Assembly (NCBI RefSeq): GCF_006345805.1
Contig: NC_043013.1
Span: 6,014,001-6,078,000, forward strand
Source: Octopus sinensis
Lineage: Eukaryota
Direction: 5' to 3'
Length of the DNA stretch: 64,000 nucleotides
Both the position numbers and the translations under genes were made by a program. The notes beneath the pieces were generated by a model. The model was given only the letters and a program-made list of their open reading frames with translations, was not told the origin of the DNA and did no database searches. Shown here piece by piece: positions 1 through 14,324 of the stretch. Position 1 is the first letter of the stretch, and every line of letters starts with the position of its first letter.

Positions 1-458
1 AACAGGAAGAAGAGCGGCAGCAACTGTAGAAGGAACAATATAAGCAACAGTAGGAACATCAACATCATCATCATCATCAACATCAAGATCAGCAGAAGTA
101 ACATTGTCGATAATGATTTTACAAGGGAGGCAATGCAGGCACTTGGCCTGCTAGAAATAGCAGCTAAATCTCCCTTAAATCATATCCTACTGTAAATAAT
201 ATGTAGATACACAATCATCATTTAACGCCTGCTTTTCATGCTGGCATGGGTTAGACCAGTGTGTGTTTGTATATATATGTATATGTATGTTTATGTGTGT
301 GTGTGTATACACACACACACATAAACATACATATATACATGAATATACACACATACATACAAGGGGACTATGTTGTTAGTTGACCTGTGAGAAACAGAAT
401 CTCAACCATATCCTATTGTAAAATAATATACATACTCACACACACAAATATACATACA

Positions 459-523
<65 letters not shown>

Positions 524-1249
524 TATATATACATACACACACACACACACATAATTTAGGTCTAGTTATATTATATGTAAATAATAAAAGATGGGCTGGT
601 CACAACTGAAATATCTTTAAACATCAGCTTGTTTGGCAAGGGATAAACGCCACCACCACCACTTGCAGTAGTAGAGTAGCAGTTGCAGATGTAGCAATAT
701 AAGCAACAGTGGGAACAACAGCAGCAACAGAACAGATAGTCAGTTTGGTCCTGATTACTTCTTGTACGATTCAGTACTACTTATTATAGCAATGATGTGG
801 AGAGGAAGAAAATATTTAACATACAAAAACTTTCTTCTTTTCTCAGTTGAATAGGTACCTTGAGGAGGTCCAGTTAACAGTTTGTAACCAACAGGGGCAC
901 ACTATATCACCAGTGTTATTTAGCTGAGTACTGATGCTTTAAATAATTTCATAAGCAAAAACGATACACAAAAGCAGGGGAGCAACTACAATGGTATGTT
1001 GTTACACTAAGGACAGCAATGATAGAATATTATTATTATTCTACAGCTTATGAAGGTGCGCTTAAAGAAAAAAAAATTAAGTCCCAGAAAATTAGGTTGC
1101 GTCTTATAATCATAAGGTCAGAGTGTGGGTCATTGGCAGGTGGTTGCTCTGCCAAAATTGTGGTTATATCTTGTAAATGATCAAATATAAAATATCAATT
1201 CTAAAAACCTCATTGCTCCCTTATCTACAATCTCACACTCACAGGCTGA

Positions 1250-2040
1250 CTAATTCTTGATATTATCAACATTACTTTACCTAATTCAAATGGATTGAAA
1301 CCAATTCTCTCAATGGCTCATGAAAATTACAGAACAGTTTCAATAACATCAACTATCCCATCCCAGAAACACAAACATGTCCATACCATTTTCTTCACTA
1401 CTCATTTACAAACAAAATACTAAAAAACAAAAAATTAAATGAAAAAATAATAAAAAGCAACATGAAACGCTGTCTGGCACTGACGTTGCCAAGCTTATGT
1501 AAAGTACATCGTAACACGTAGAATCTGTAATATCCTTCACAGAGTAAGTAATGCAAGGATCCATCCTGCCACCAAGTATTTTTAACTCGTATCAACATGA
1601 CCTTCACACACCTCTACCAAAACATACAAAAGACTCATCATATACATGTGGCATCAGTTATTCCCCTCCCGTCGTTACTCTCACCCTTTAACCCAACACG
1701 AACTGCCAACAAAACCTAGCCCCAAGCAAATAAAACTACATATATCTATGCCTCTTCTTACCAGCAACATTAAAGTACATCAGATACAACCAGCCATCAC
1801 ATTCCGTAACATATACACCCACTCAGGAGACATAACTACTACCAGTTACACACAACACCTTTATAATATTTACAGCGACACACAGAGAGAAGATAAAGAA
1901 AAGAGAACACACTGCACAAACACTAAGAATACTCACAACTATTACATTGGGCTGATACAATAGCAACACTGGTGTACAAACAATGTTTTAGAGACATCAA
2001 GGATTACCCCAGGAACCCTAACAAATAACCAACCCCTTAC
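1250..2040 (+). pseudogene. Possible decayed Penelope-like ORF (GIY-YIG-like end)
   Basis: NYYIGL followed out of frame by YKQCFRDIK resembles YIG.T...K.RF.EH; the rest is too decayed to align by eye. Confidence 0.3.
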
Positions 2041-3219
2041 CAAAAAAAAAAAATCATCAAGAACATAAAATAGTGCATTTAGTATCATAATAAATTCTAC
2101 ACATGCTCAAATTGAAAGACCACTTGGATATGCAAAGCTCACAATTTGTTGCAGCATCAGTAAGCATCAGCCTGCACAATCCCTTGCCACCCAGACACAT
2201 TTATAACACCCCAGAGCACAGATCTCCCTGCCACCACCTCTTCTACATGATAGCATAGCCTGTTAGAAATGGCAGCTAAATTTTTTTCAAATTACACACT
2301 GCTGTCTTAAATAAAATGGATACATTGGAAATGTAGTCTTAAATATGCCAGGCTTTGAAACAAAAAAAATGTAATGGGTTTGCTTGTAGGTTCTTTTCTA
2401 ACAGGTTGGTTGATCTGGATGTACAACATAATATTAGACAGGACAGTGGATAAATCACAAGATGGTCAAACTTTCACTTTGTACCACAACTACAGCATGT
2501 CAGACTGTGTGTGGTCTTCAACTGGGTGGAGACATGATGTGTTGGCTATAAAGGGTTTGTGGATAGAATCAAGCTGTACAGTTTGACTGGAGCTGTAGAA
2601 CCAGAACATAAAGTAGCATTTCTAGAAAGGATGCACACCAAGAAGGAAGGCCACTGAAAGATCGTTAATTGGAAAAGAAGCAAAGAAACTGAAGCAACTG
2701 CCAACACAAATAACAATTACAACAACAATAATGGTATATTTCTTCTACTGGACACACACACATACGGTTTCACTTTTAGTATGGTGCAAGGAAGGAAGGT
2801 TGTATTTAGTGGATTAATGAAGCGGGCCAGATATATTGAACTTAAAAACAGTGAGGCTATGAAAACAACTCCAATCAAGAATCTTTTCCATCAACATTCA
2901 ATAGAAACTATATAAATGTATGGGGGGGGGGGAATAAATAAAAATTAGAATGGTATTGAAAACAGATGGGGGGGGGGGCGGTAAACACATTAAGCTTCAC
3001 ACAAGTCACTTAAATAGTGATTTCATGAATATACACTTATGCTTATATATATATATATTATACATACACACAGACACAAAACACTGATACACAAAACAAA
3101 AATATACATACAAAACAATATATACAGCAATGAGATTGAATATGTGCGTGTGTTAAATACTGTAGTCACAATATGTAAATCAAGGGCAGTAATAGCATTT
3201 TGAGAAAAACGAGAAATTC

Positions 3220-3500
3220 ACCTTGAAAAAGAGACGAGATTATAACAAAAAGATCGACATATTTCTTCACAATCTCTCTTCAACCGAAATCTCTACAACA
3301 CTCCTACTGACCTTCCGGAAATGCATCAAAATCACAACATCACATTCAGATTAAATAAACCAGATTCCTCTACGAGTGTGCATGTTGTTCTCTTATGATA
3401 ATTTACGACGGTAGTTATTTTGCGTTATAACATCAGGGGGTGGACAAAAGGTAAACTATATATACGAATACATATTAGGGGTGGGTGTGACAAGCTAGCT
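3220..3500 (-). promoter_or_regulatory. Putative promoter and first exon of a leftward gene
   Basis: TTCCGGAA/CCGGAAAT 3313-3322, GGGGTGG boxes at about 3435-3485, minus-strand donor CAAG|GTGAAT (exon end 3222), left edge of the CpG-rich domain. Confidence 0.35.
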
Positions 3501-3580
3501 GCTACTTTCACTTTCTAAAACTTCAGATGGCACCAGTTTGTTTGGCGATCGCAGAAATCATTATTATTATTTAAAAGAAA

Positions 3581-3614
<34 letters not shown>

Positions 3615-5436
3615 GGCGGCAAGCTGATAGATCGTCAGTACACCGGGAAAATGCCTAGCAGCATTTCGTCTGTCTTTAAATTCTGAATGCTAATTTCGCC
3701 GAGGTCGATAAATTAAGTACCAGCGAAATACTGGGGGTCGATGTAATCAACTAGTCCCCTACTCCAAAATTGCTGGAATATTGAATGAATTATTCTCGTA
3801 TTTTTCGACGCATTGAAATAAAATTGAATAATTTTTGTCATTTTACTTCCTTGAAGAAACCGTGATATGATTGTCTGACCTGCTAAAAATAGCAGTCAGA
3901 ACTGTTTATAATAACTGCCAATCATTTTAGATAACTCAAATGAAAAAAAATTCGAAACACACTGGTGCCCCAGCATGGCCGCAAGTTAACAACTGAAACA
4001 AAAGATTGCACCCCAAAATATCACCAGTGATAAACAGCGTTAACAATTAAATAAACGAACTTCCACGATCGCCAAACAAATACCAGCTAAGGTTTAAAAA
4101 GAAAAAAGAAAAATGAAAGTGGTACGCTATACTCCAAAACCTTTACACTAGTAGGATCGTGCTTATGGTAGAAATCAATATTATTCTATAATATTGAATT
4201 CTGCCGGATTCGATGAAATAGCCATCAATCAGAGACTATATCTACTGACTGTGCAATCCGAAGCACTTAAATAAAATGAATTAATTGGTGGACTTGTGCC
4301 TTTATTAGAAATCGATAACATTTGAATGGCAGAATAGGTAATGTGCTGGATTAAAATGCCGTGCGGTTTTTAGTGAGGTCCCTTTACGTCTGAGATCAAA
4401 TCCCGCCTGGGTCAACATTGATCCTCATCCAGTGGAAGGGGAAGTGTCGTTAAAATAAAGTACTAAATGAAATACTGGAATCGATTGTCTCAGCCCTTTC
4501 AAATTAGTGATCCTGTACCTTATGGTAATAGTAATAATAATGATTTCATTTAATTGCCACAAGGGCGAAGGATGAGGGGCCAATACAAAGACAGACACAA
4601 AGTGTAGGGGTTTACATATGAAATAAGATAAAATAAATGAATAAATAACAAAAATTTAAGGAGTATGTAGACACGGTGTACAATGAAAAGGGATATATAC
4701 ATGGTATACAAAGATAAAAAAAAAATAATAATGTTGGCACAAAACCAGCAAATTTTAAGGGGAGGGGGAAGTCGATTACAACGACTCCAGTACTTGACTG
4801 GTACTTTAATTTATCGACCACTCGTGGGGATTTGAACTCGGAACGTTGACCTCAGCGGCTCAGTTGCTGATTGATATGTCGGAGTTTAGCTACATAGATA
4901 AGTGAATAAAAACTTTGTAATTTTAATTCTGACAAATGGGATTATATTTTCCATTTTAAGAGGAAGATAAAAGTATCGAATCTACATATTTTCTACAATT
5001 GACCTGGCGCCAAACCTCAGCTAGTAGAGCACTCCCCTCCCCACCCCCTTTCATTCGCCTTAAAAGACATGTTGGATAGTGTACTCCACCGCCCGAAAAA
5101 AAAAATTATGTGAGATTTGTCCGATCAGGGCCAAACTCGGAGCTCACTACCAAGAAGTAGATTGAAGTATAAATAAAAAAACACAAACTGTCGTCACCAG
5201 CCGAATGATGTGATATGGTGTAAATTCTAGATGTGTCACAATTCCTCGAATCTACTTTCATTTTCTCGTAAGTTATTTTAACTTCTAAATGTCGCTGAAC
5301 AGGCCTTGAAGAAAATAGCACTACAGCTATTTCCTAGTTCTCATGCCTTTAAAAATCTCAAAATTCACAAAGAAGAGGAAGGGAGTTTTTCTCTTTAAAA
5401 GTACTTCTCAGGTTTCTCTTTGATTCAAGGAAGAAG

Positions 5437-5461
5437 AAGAAGAAGGAGAGAGAGAGAGAAG

Positions 5462-5509
<48 letters not shown>

Positions 5510-5547
5510 AGGAGAGAGAGAGGAGAGAGAGAGAGAGAGGAGAGAAG

Positions 5548-5603
<56 letters not shown>

Positions 5604-5622
5604 AACTATGTAAGAAACAGAA
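5437..5622. repeat. Polypurine (GA)n/(GATA)n microsatellite
   Basis: Direct reading. Confidence 0.95.
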
Positions 5623-6518
5623 TTTAACTTGATTGGGGACCAGAAATTTAGTCTGATGAAAATATTTGGCTAGAAAAACGTAGTACCAGGGATATACTCA
5701 GGTCCAGTCATTCAACAATTCTCACTACCCACTTCCATAGGAGCAAATAATCCTTGTGTTTGGTAAATTTTCTGAGTGGTGGGCAAGCATGGAAAGGTTC
5801 ATGTCAAAAAAGTGGTTTGCCAAATGGCGCAAAGTAACAAGTATTCTCTCACTGTGCTCTTTTTGTTACTTTTACTGGGGTAGCAGCGATATTTATTTTC
5901 AAATTTTACATTATCATTATTTATAAGAATCAATCAATCGATTGATCGATCGATCTTTCCTTTGTCTTGGTATCTTTCTTGACGTATATTGGCTGGAAAG
6001 AAACCAGAAATTCAACAAGTGTTCAGACGAGGAGAAAAACACCGCCATTCAGACACAGCATGCAGTCCTCTGAATCACATCACTGTGAAGTCCTATTTAA
6101 ACCATGAGCCAAAGAAGGAGCCTCTGCGAGGATACTCAAACTACTAAAAATTGTAGCAACAATATCCTCAAATAACACCGTCTTCCTTCGAGGACACAGA
6201 AAATGTAGATTTAGATCGATCGATCGGTCTGTCTATCTATCTATCTTAAGACGGAACAGCCGCGGCTGGAATGTCTCTGATCATAGGTCTGACTGATCAG
6301 GAATGACCAGGGGTTAAACAATAGATACCAGATTAATCAAGTTACCTATCAATCAGGTCGAATATTTATAAATCTCTACTCAACAGTGGTAGACAAATTT
6401 GACAAACTACATTAAATAAAATGATTATATACTGTTTATAAATTAGCCCAGCTACAAATGCATACATACACACACACACACACATATATATACACATACA
6501 TATTTGTGTGTGTATGTA

Positions 6519-6550
<32 letters not shown>

Positions 6551-6949
6551 CAACAAACACACATATAACTCCACATACACAGCCATATAATTACAAATAT
6601 ATATGAAAGAGCACTATCTACCTATCTATCTATCTATCTATCTGAATACAGAAATCGCACAGATAAACAAAAGGTACATTATTTTTGCATATTGATCTAT
6701 ATATACAAATCGGTCATTATATATTTGTCTGTATTCACAAAAAGACTAGCAAAGGTCCCGATAGAGATAAGTCTGTAGATACCCATTCTGTATAAACTTC
6801 GAAGGTTTTTTCCTCTGATAATATTTAATTATTTTTTTTATAATTGTCTCCCCACCCGACCCCGCGAGGAGCAACTACAATCAGAACTAGTTGAATACTA
6901 ATGTCGCCTAAATAGCCGAACTTAACTCCCCCCCCACCCAACTAAAGCC

Positions 6950-7014
<65 letters not shown>

Positions 7015-7669
7015 GAAATCAATATCAATCATTTATTATACACGCATTGTTACACACACCGATCTATTATACACACACACACAGAATTATATCATTAAAG
7101 GCGACATATATGATACAGGATATAAAAATAAGTATACAAATAAAACGGGTTGTAAAAAATAATAGGAACACACACACACTCAAAGCGAGTGTGTGTGAAC
7201 TCATCGATAATTTGAACTGTATAATTGAATATTAGCCAGTACAACAAAACCGAGTCAGGTTTGTAGCAGATTTGACCAAGTGAAGGTCAGAGAGATAGAG
7301 AGAATGAAAGTGATAAGGAGGTGGAAAATAAATTGGTGATAAAAGGGTGGTGGTGGGAGGTGAAAGCAAGATTAGAGGCGAAGTGAAAAAAGAAAAGAAG
7401 AAAACCAAAAAAAAACAAAGGTAGGGAGATGGACAAAATAGGTGAGAAAGAGAGAGACACACACACACAGAATGAGTTCAAAAATGAACGAGTTTGAAGG
7501 GGGAGAAAAAAGAAAAAAAAAAAAGATGGACTTCCAAGGCAAAAGAGAAGTAGGAAGAGATTGTATACAACATTGAAAAGGAATCAATACAGCTTTCACT
7601 GATAGACATACGCCGCACATATACACACACATATATAAAACATCTCGGCCTATTTGAAATATCTATCTA

Positions 7670-7705
<36 letters not shown>

Positions 7706-8705
7706 ACACAGTCGTAAATGAATGGAATTTTTTTCCACCCTTGAAATTTAGTTGATGCCTAAGCAATAAACACGAACAGACCGATAGACAGACAGATGGA
7801 ATTATATGTATGTATGTATGTATATATATATATATATAAATGAGAGAGAGATGATGATGATGAAAGCGTGCTGAAACAGTCCCTCTCAAAACAAACTATA
7901 TAAACACGCAAAAAGGGGACGATTCGGGTTTATATGAACCAAGTGAAGCTAGCATACTAATTACAGTAGCAAATGGCAACTACCAAAATAGTCATCTGCA
8001 GCAAGACATACATACATACACACCAGAGGAGAGAGAGAGTTAGAGAGATAGAAATATAGTTAAACGTATATAATAAACACACACATACATACACAAATGA
8101 AAAGAAAGAAAAAAATCAGTAGGTATGAAGGTAGGCAGGTGTTTTAATACGGATTAGTAGTAACGAGTCGGGGAGATTTGGTCAGAAAAAAAAAAAGAAA
8201 AAGGAAATAAAGACAAAATAAAAAAAATCCATCAGAATGCTAAGTTAACATATACATACATATGAGATTGTGTGTGATTATATAAATATAAAAATGAATG
8301 TGAATGAGAGAGATATATATACATAGGAGGGGGGTGAGAGGAGGAAAGAGTTGGACTACGTATGCGGTGTTGATAGTAGTTGTGAGTGATGACATTAGTG
8401 TTGGTGATGATAGTGGAGTGCGATGGTAGTGCTGTTGTTAATGACGATAATGATCATGATGATGATGATGATGAGAGAGGAGCTAGTTGTATTGGAAGAT
8501 GATTATATTAGTAGTAGTAGTAGTAATAGTGGTGGTGGTTATAGTGCATTGGTGGCTTTAGGTGGAAGTAGTAGTGGAAGGTAAATGATTTTGTTCATGG
8601 TGGGCTATGCGTTTTCCACCCTAAGCCATCATCCTTATTACTATAATAATAATGATGATAATAATAATAATAATAATAATAATTATTATTATTATTATTA
8701 TTACA

Positions 8706-8960
8706 TCGGGTGGTGGATTGGCAGATTCGTTTAGAGCGCCGGGTAAAGACGTCTTGTGGCATTTGTTCCGGCTCTTCATATTCTCGTGTTCAAATCCCGC
8801 CGAGGTCAGCTTAGTCTTTTCATCTCTCCCCCGAGTCGATAAAACAAAAGTACCCAGTCAAGTATTGAGGGATCGATTATAATCGACTGCTCACCCCCCA
8901 CCCCCACCACAACCAACCTCCAGTAAATTTCACGCCTTGTACCTATGTTGGAAACAAATT
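8706..8960 (+). mobile_element. SINE family B
   Basis: TGGCAGATTCGTTTAGAGCGCCGG...GTTCAAATCCCGCCGAGGTC...CGATAAAACAAAAGTACCCAG. Confidence 0.75.
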
Positions 8961-9992
8961 ATTATTATTATTATTGTTGGAGAATGCCGCAGCGAAGTGG
9001 TCAAATTCTCGGCGACCCGAGACTCACAATCACGGTTTCACTTTCCAGTTGTAACTTATATACAATTTACAGAAAAAAAAAAAAAATATATATATATGAA
9101 CGCCCTCACTTCCTAATTTCCGTTCCTTTAAAATTTTCTTGGGCGTCATGATCATATATATAATAAAAAAAACCCTCCCCGCCCTCTTTATAAAAAAGAA
9201 AAAATCTTTAGATGGGTAAAAATAAAGAACAGACATTATTTCATTGATTACTACATCGTCCATATAAATTCGTTGCAGTTATTTTTTATTATTTAAAACA
9301 TTATTATTATTATTATTTTTATTATCATCAACCCCTCGATCTATTTTTGTAAATTGAAGTGAAAACTACTGGGAAACGGCATAAAAATCACTTGGGGAAA
9401 GGGAAAAACACAACAGAATTTAAAGGGCAATCCTAAGAGTACATATACATACAAATTACACACACACACACATATATATATAAATAAAAGTATATAAATA
9501 TATATGTATGTATACACAAGAGTGGGAGTGAGTGAGTTTTAAGGGTTTCAGAGAAGAGGTGTGTGTGTAAGAGTGAGAGACGAAATCCTTCTAAATCAAT
9601 CAAATCGTTGAATGAAACGATCTACCTGAAAAAACGACATCTTGATGACGATTATGATGGAACGGGTTAGATTTTCTTTTTTAGAAAGGAAAAAAAAAAA
9701 AAATGGCAAACAGAGAATCTCTCTTTGCCCCTCTACCAAGGACATTAAAACGACATGAGTGGCTTACGACTGGGACCGGGAGTGTAATTAGATCAACATC
9801 ACCATCATCATCATCAGTGATATAACTATTAATTATTATTATCATTAGCATTATCACATTAATTAACACGGAAAGAAAGTGGGGGTCCCATTTGGAAAAT
9901 ATAACTATATAAAACAGCTGGAAACAGGGCCAGATCAAAAGGAGAGGGACGTAAAAAATTTGATGAGGTCGAAAGAATGATTGGGGGATAGA

Positions 9993-10034
<42 letters not shown>

Positions 10035-10182
10035 GCCGCTGTTACGGTTAAGGGGTTAGGAAAAATACATACATTATATATATATATATATATATAACAC
10101 ACAAAAATCTAGACAAACTGAAACATGTATATGTGTGCGTGTATGTATGTATGTATATATACATATATATATATAATGTATA

Positions 10183-10237
<55 letters not shown>

Positions 10238-10984
10238 TATAATGTATGTATGTGTCTCGGTGTGTATCTTCTGCTGCTATTTCTTCTGCCACTGTCATTA
10301 TTTCAAAGATGTTACTTAAATCGTCGACTATTCTGGCGATGTCACTAATCTTCATTTTCTTCTTCCCTTTAATAGTATCATTAATAATAATAATAATTAT
10401 TAGTATTACTATTATTATTACTATTATTATAAATCTATAAAACACTTAGATGTATGGGGCTGCTACAGAACTAGGTGAGGGTTAGACTGATAGATACAAA
10501 TAAATAAATACATAGATACGTGTAGTTTTTTTCGGGGGGCTTTTTTGGGGCCTTTTTTTTCTTTTAAAAAATCTAATCTGCTTCAATTTCATTTCATTTC
10601 ATTTCATTCATCTTTTTTCCTTTCTCATTTCGAGATGAATCGTAGAAGAAAGGAGACGACACAAGGCAAAAAAGGAAAGAACAGAGGAGAAGGAGCAATA
10701 AAAAGATCAAAGGAAAAAGAGAAGAGAAAGATCCCATATTATCTGATCTTGCCATCATAAACATTATCATTGCTGCTCTTTTTATTATCATTATTATTAT
10801 TATTATTGGTGCCAGTGACATTCTAAGACGGACGATCAACTGGCAAATAAATTGCTTGTTTTCGAGCTACGCTACTACCTCAATAGCTCCTTCATCAGTT
10901 TGCTCGCACTCTACCTCCAAATTAGCTCCTCTACTCTCTATATAAATACATATATATATACACATATATATATACACACACACA

Positions 10985-11205
10985 CGCATGTATGTATATA
11001 TATATATATATATATATATTAGAAGAAATGAGGTAATCAGAAAAGATCGGATGGTTCATGTTTATAAGATATTATTTATATATTACATTTTTTCCATATA
11101 TATATATATCATATCATTCAGATATGTATGTATATATATAGATATATATATATATATATATATATATAGATATACACACACACATACATCTATATACATA
11201 CATGA

Positions 11206-11239
<34 letters not shown>

Positions 11240-11321
11240 ATTATATATATATATATATTATATATATATATGTTATATATGTGTATATATATATATACAG
11301 ATATACACACACACATACATG

Positions 11322-11354
<33 letters not shown>

Positions 11355-11500
11355 ATATATATGTATATATATATATATGTATATATATATATACAGATAT
11401 ACACACACACATACATGGTGTGTGTGTGTATATATATATGTGTATATATAGTGTATATATATATATAAATATATAGATATATATATGTATATATACACTT
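10985..11500. repeat. Compound (TA)n/(TG)n microsatellite with an internal duplication
   Basis: Direct reading. Confidence 0.95.
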
Positions 11501-11785
11501 ATATTGTATATATCTATCACCAACAGGCAATGACAACGAAAGAAAGAGAGAACGAGCAGCGAGGGGGAAAGCGAAGGGAGAAGAGAGAGAGAGCCGTCTT
11601 GACGTAATGAACATATACATATATACATGGGATTCATTTTGTTAAAATTCACGCTATAGGTGAACAAATACCGAGAATATTTCAACAGTGATTGTTGGAA
11701 TGTGTGAAATAATGACGATAATGATAATTTTAATGAAATATTTTATGTATTATTGTATATTTCAGTGAAATAAAAGTGGTACATC

Positions 11786-12175
11786 TTACCTGAGTCGCCT
11801 CCACAACTCTCGCCAAAGCAACCATTAAAACTTACTCCTTCCTGTGACGTCAGAGGTTTGTGTGTAAAACTTCGAGGTTTTGTTGTTCTTTATTGCTTGG
11901 CTATGTCGATGTATGTGGGTTTTTAATAATAAACATAAAAATTTATCAGAAAAGACGATTGGAAATTAATTTAATATGTCTCTAATTAAGTAAAAAAGGC
12001 GAGGAAATAATCTAAAATTAATAATTACAAAATAAAATCACCGCTTGAAAGTATGTACAGTTTATCACCATTGTACGTCAACAAAACATGTTTGCCTGTG
12101 TGAGTTTGACACGCATAACCGGAAATGAACTTTGGTGAGTAGTGTGAGGTTAAAGGTCAGATTAGATGAGGTCAC
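11786..12175. promoter_or_regulatory. Putative bidirectional Pol II promoter region
   Basis: CRE TGACGTCA 11845-11852 next to TTCCTG; ETS CCGGAAAT 12119-12126; DR1-like AGGTTA-A-AGGTCA 12147-12159; outward donors CAG|GTAAG (minus, exon end 11790) and TTG|GTGAGT (plus, 12135). Confidence 0.45.
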
Positions 12176-13149
12176 AACATCTATTTTTCACTTTTTACCA
12201 TTATTAACGTGACTGTATAACGCAAACAACTATTTATGCAGCTGCCACTTCTGCAATAGACGTGGAAGAGAAAGGAAGGAAATAAGACAGAAACGAAGTC
12301 TTTAAGAAAATATGAAATGAAGTTTTTTTATTTTGTATTATTTCATTTTTCCCTTGAATTATAAAGAAAGTTGTAGTTGCTTGAGGAGAGGAAATGAGAG
12401 TTAAGAACTATCATCTCTTCACCAAAACGGTCATCAGCATCATTACCACCACCAGCACCAATCTGGGAATTATTTTAAATTTTATACTTGGCTTTTTACA
12501 CTTACACGCGCGATTTCCACACGCATTTATAGACACACACATACAGATATACAGTGTTAACTGTTGATTACAAGTAAACAACAATATTTCATGTTAACAT
12601 ATTTAGTCCTTGTCTTCGAACGAACAAAACTAAAAGCAAACTATACTTTTTAAAAATAACCATCACTGTCATCACCATCAACAACGTTTAAAGCACAGTA
12701 TAATTATAATTCTTATTGCAATATTATCATTGTGCAATCATCTAACATTTGATCAACAGAAATTTATTCATCTCGGTAAGGCTTTATTTTTCCTCCCAAG
12801 TAATTCCACCCTCCCTATTTTCTGTAGCTTTCTCTTTTGAAAAAAAAAAAGTATTAAATTTGTTTAAATTTTCTTCATCGTATTGTTGCGTATTCTCACA
12901 CACCCACTTCAGTTTTTTTTGTTTGTGTGTTTCTATATCATACCAGGCTGATGATAACTGCATGCATTTAGTATAAATTATTAACTGTATCGACATAGTG
13001 TTTCCGTTAAATTAGCTCTTTTATTTTTAAATTTAAATGTGATATCAATTAAAATAATGTCCATTATTCTAATCGGTTTATAATATATCTGCTTGTTGCC
13101 GTCTTATTCTTGTTATGATGCTATATGCACATTATACATACACATATAC

Positions 13150-13202
<53 letters not shown>

Positions 13203-14029
13203 CACACACACAATTGTATGTAAGCTCAACTACACGCATTCATTTATAGTCAGAGCGTATTTGCATATAACCACACTTACAGGCGCGCATTCACAAATGC
13301 ATACACTCTGTGCATTTATAACACATATACACTCACTTTAATGTGCACCCTTTCCATTACATAATGAAATTACTTCGGGAATTAGTGTGATTTGCGTGTT
13401 GAGAATATACCTTTATAAATACACTACACACAGACAGATATACATGGATTTATAATACGCGAACACACAGACACTTTATATGTATTTATAACACACGCAC
13501 ACACATCCCAAAAGTTCGTCATCTTTCGCCACTCTGAAATGATTCATACACATATATTATATATATATATATCACCGTGACCGACCAGGTTATCAGATGT
13601 TGTTATACATCGCTGGTCACAATGCACTTTGCATTGTTTTAGCCTTCAAATGACGCCACCCCGCTGGCTAAGCGAGCAGGCCATATATATATATATGCTT
13701 CCGGAAGATTTCTCTTGAATGAAACAGTTCTAGTCCTGTAGAAGCTCCTTCTATATAATAAATTAATTTTACTCTGCTATGTATTGAGTACCTTATTTAC
13801 TGTGGTTAACCCCGAATCAACCCGGGACCTACATATATATATATATATATATATTTTTATTTATTTATATGTGTGTGTATTGAACACATGGACATCTACA
13901 CACACGCACATACTTATTCTTTTCACTTTCTGTAACTAAATAGCCTAACGTATAGGGGGATCGATCTTAGAAATCGGCTGCAAACAAATTAGTTAAGTAT
14001 CTGTTTCAGAATAATTCGATGGATATCAA

Positions 14030-14080
<51 letters not shown>

Positions 14081-14324
14081 GTGAGAGAGATAGTGTATGT
14101 GTGTATTTTGTTTTACTGAATAATAATAATAATAATAATAAAAAGAAGAGAGACAAAGTGAAGATAAAGCAACAGTTCAGTGTGCTGGTGACAGACAACT
14201 GTCGATATACGTAGCCACAAAATACTCGAAGTTAAATGTTTTGATTTTGTCGAGTTATATCGAAGGAATGCCAAAAACCTATTTTTATTATACCAAAATT
14301 GGAATAATAAAAATAATGCTTTCA

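Noticed and set aside
2766-2906. Minus-strand segment with AG/GT ends and a hydrophobic frame (WKRFLIGVVFIASLFLSSIYL)
   Set aside because: An in-frame TGA immediately precedes it and the ATG frame stops early; T-rich DNA readily gives hydrophobic frames. It could at most be a UTR exon.
10260-10375. Minus-strand helical-looking peptide MKISDIARIVDDLSNIFEIMTVAEEIAAED
   Set aside because: Flanked by microsatellites, no splice sites, no recognisable homology.
11780-11795. CTTACCTG resembling the U1 snRNA 5' end
   Set aside because: The downstream sequence does not match U1; it is better read as a minus-strand splice donor.
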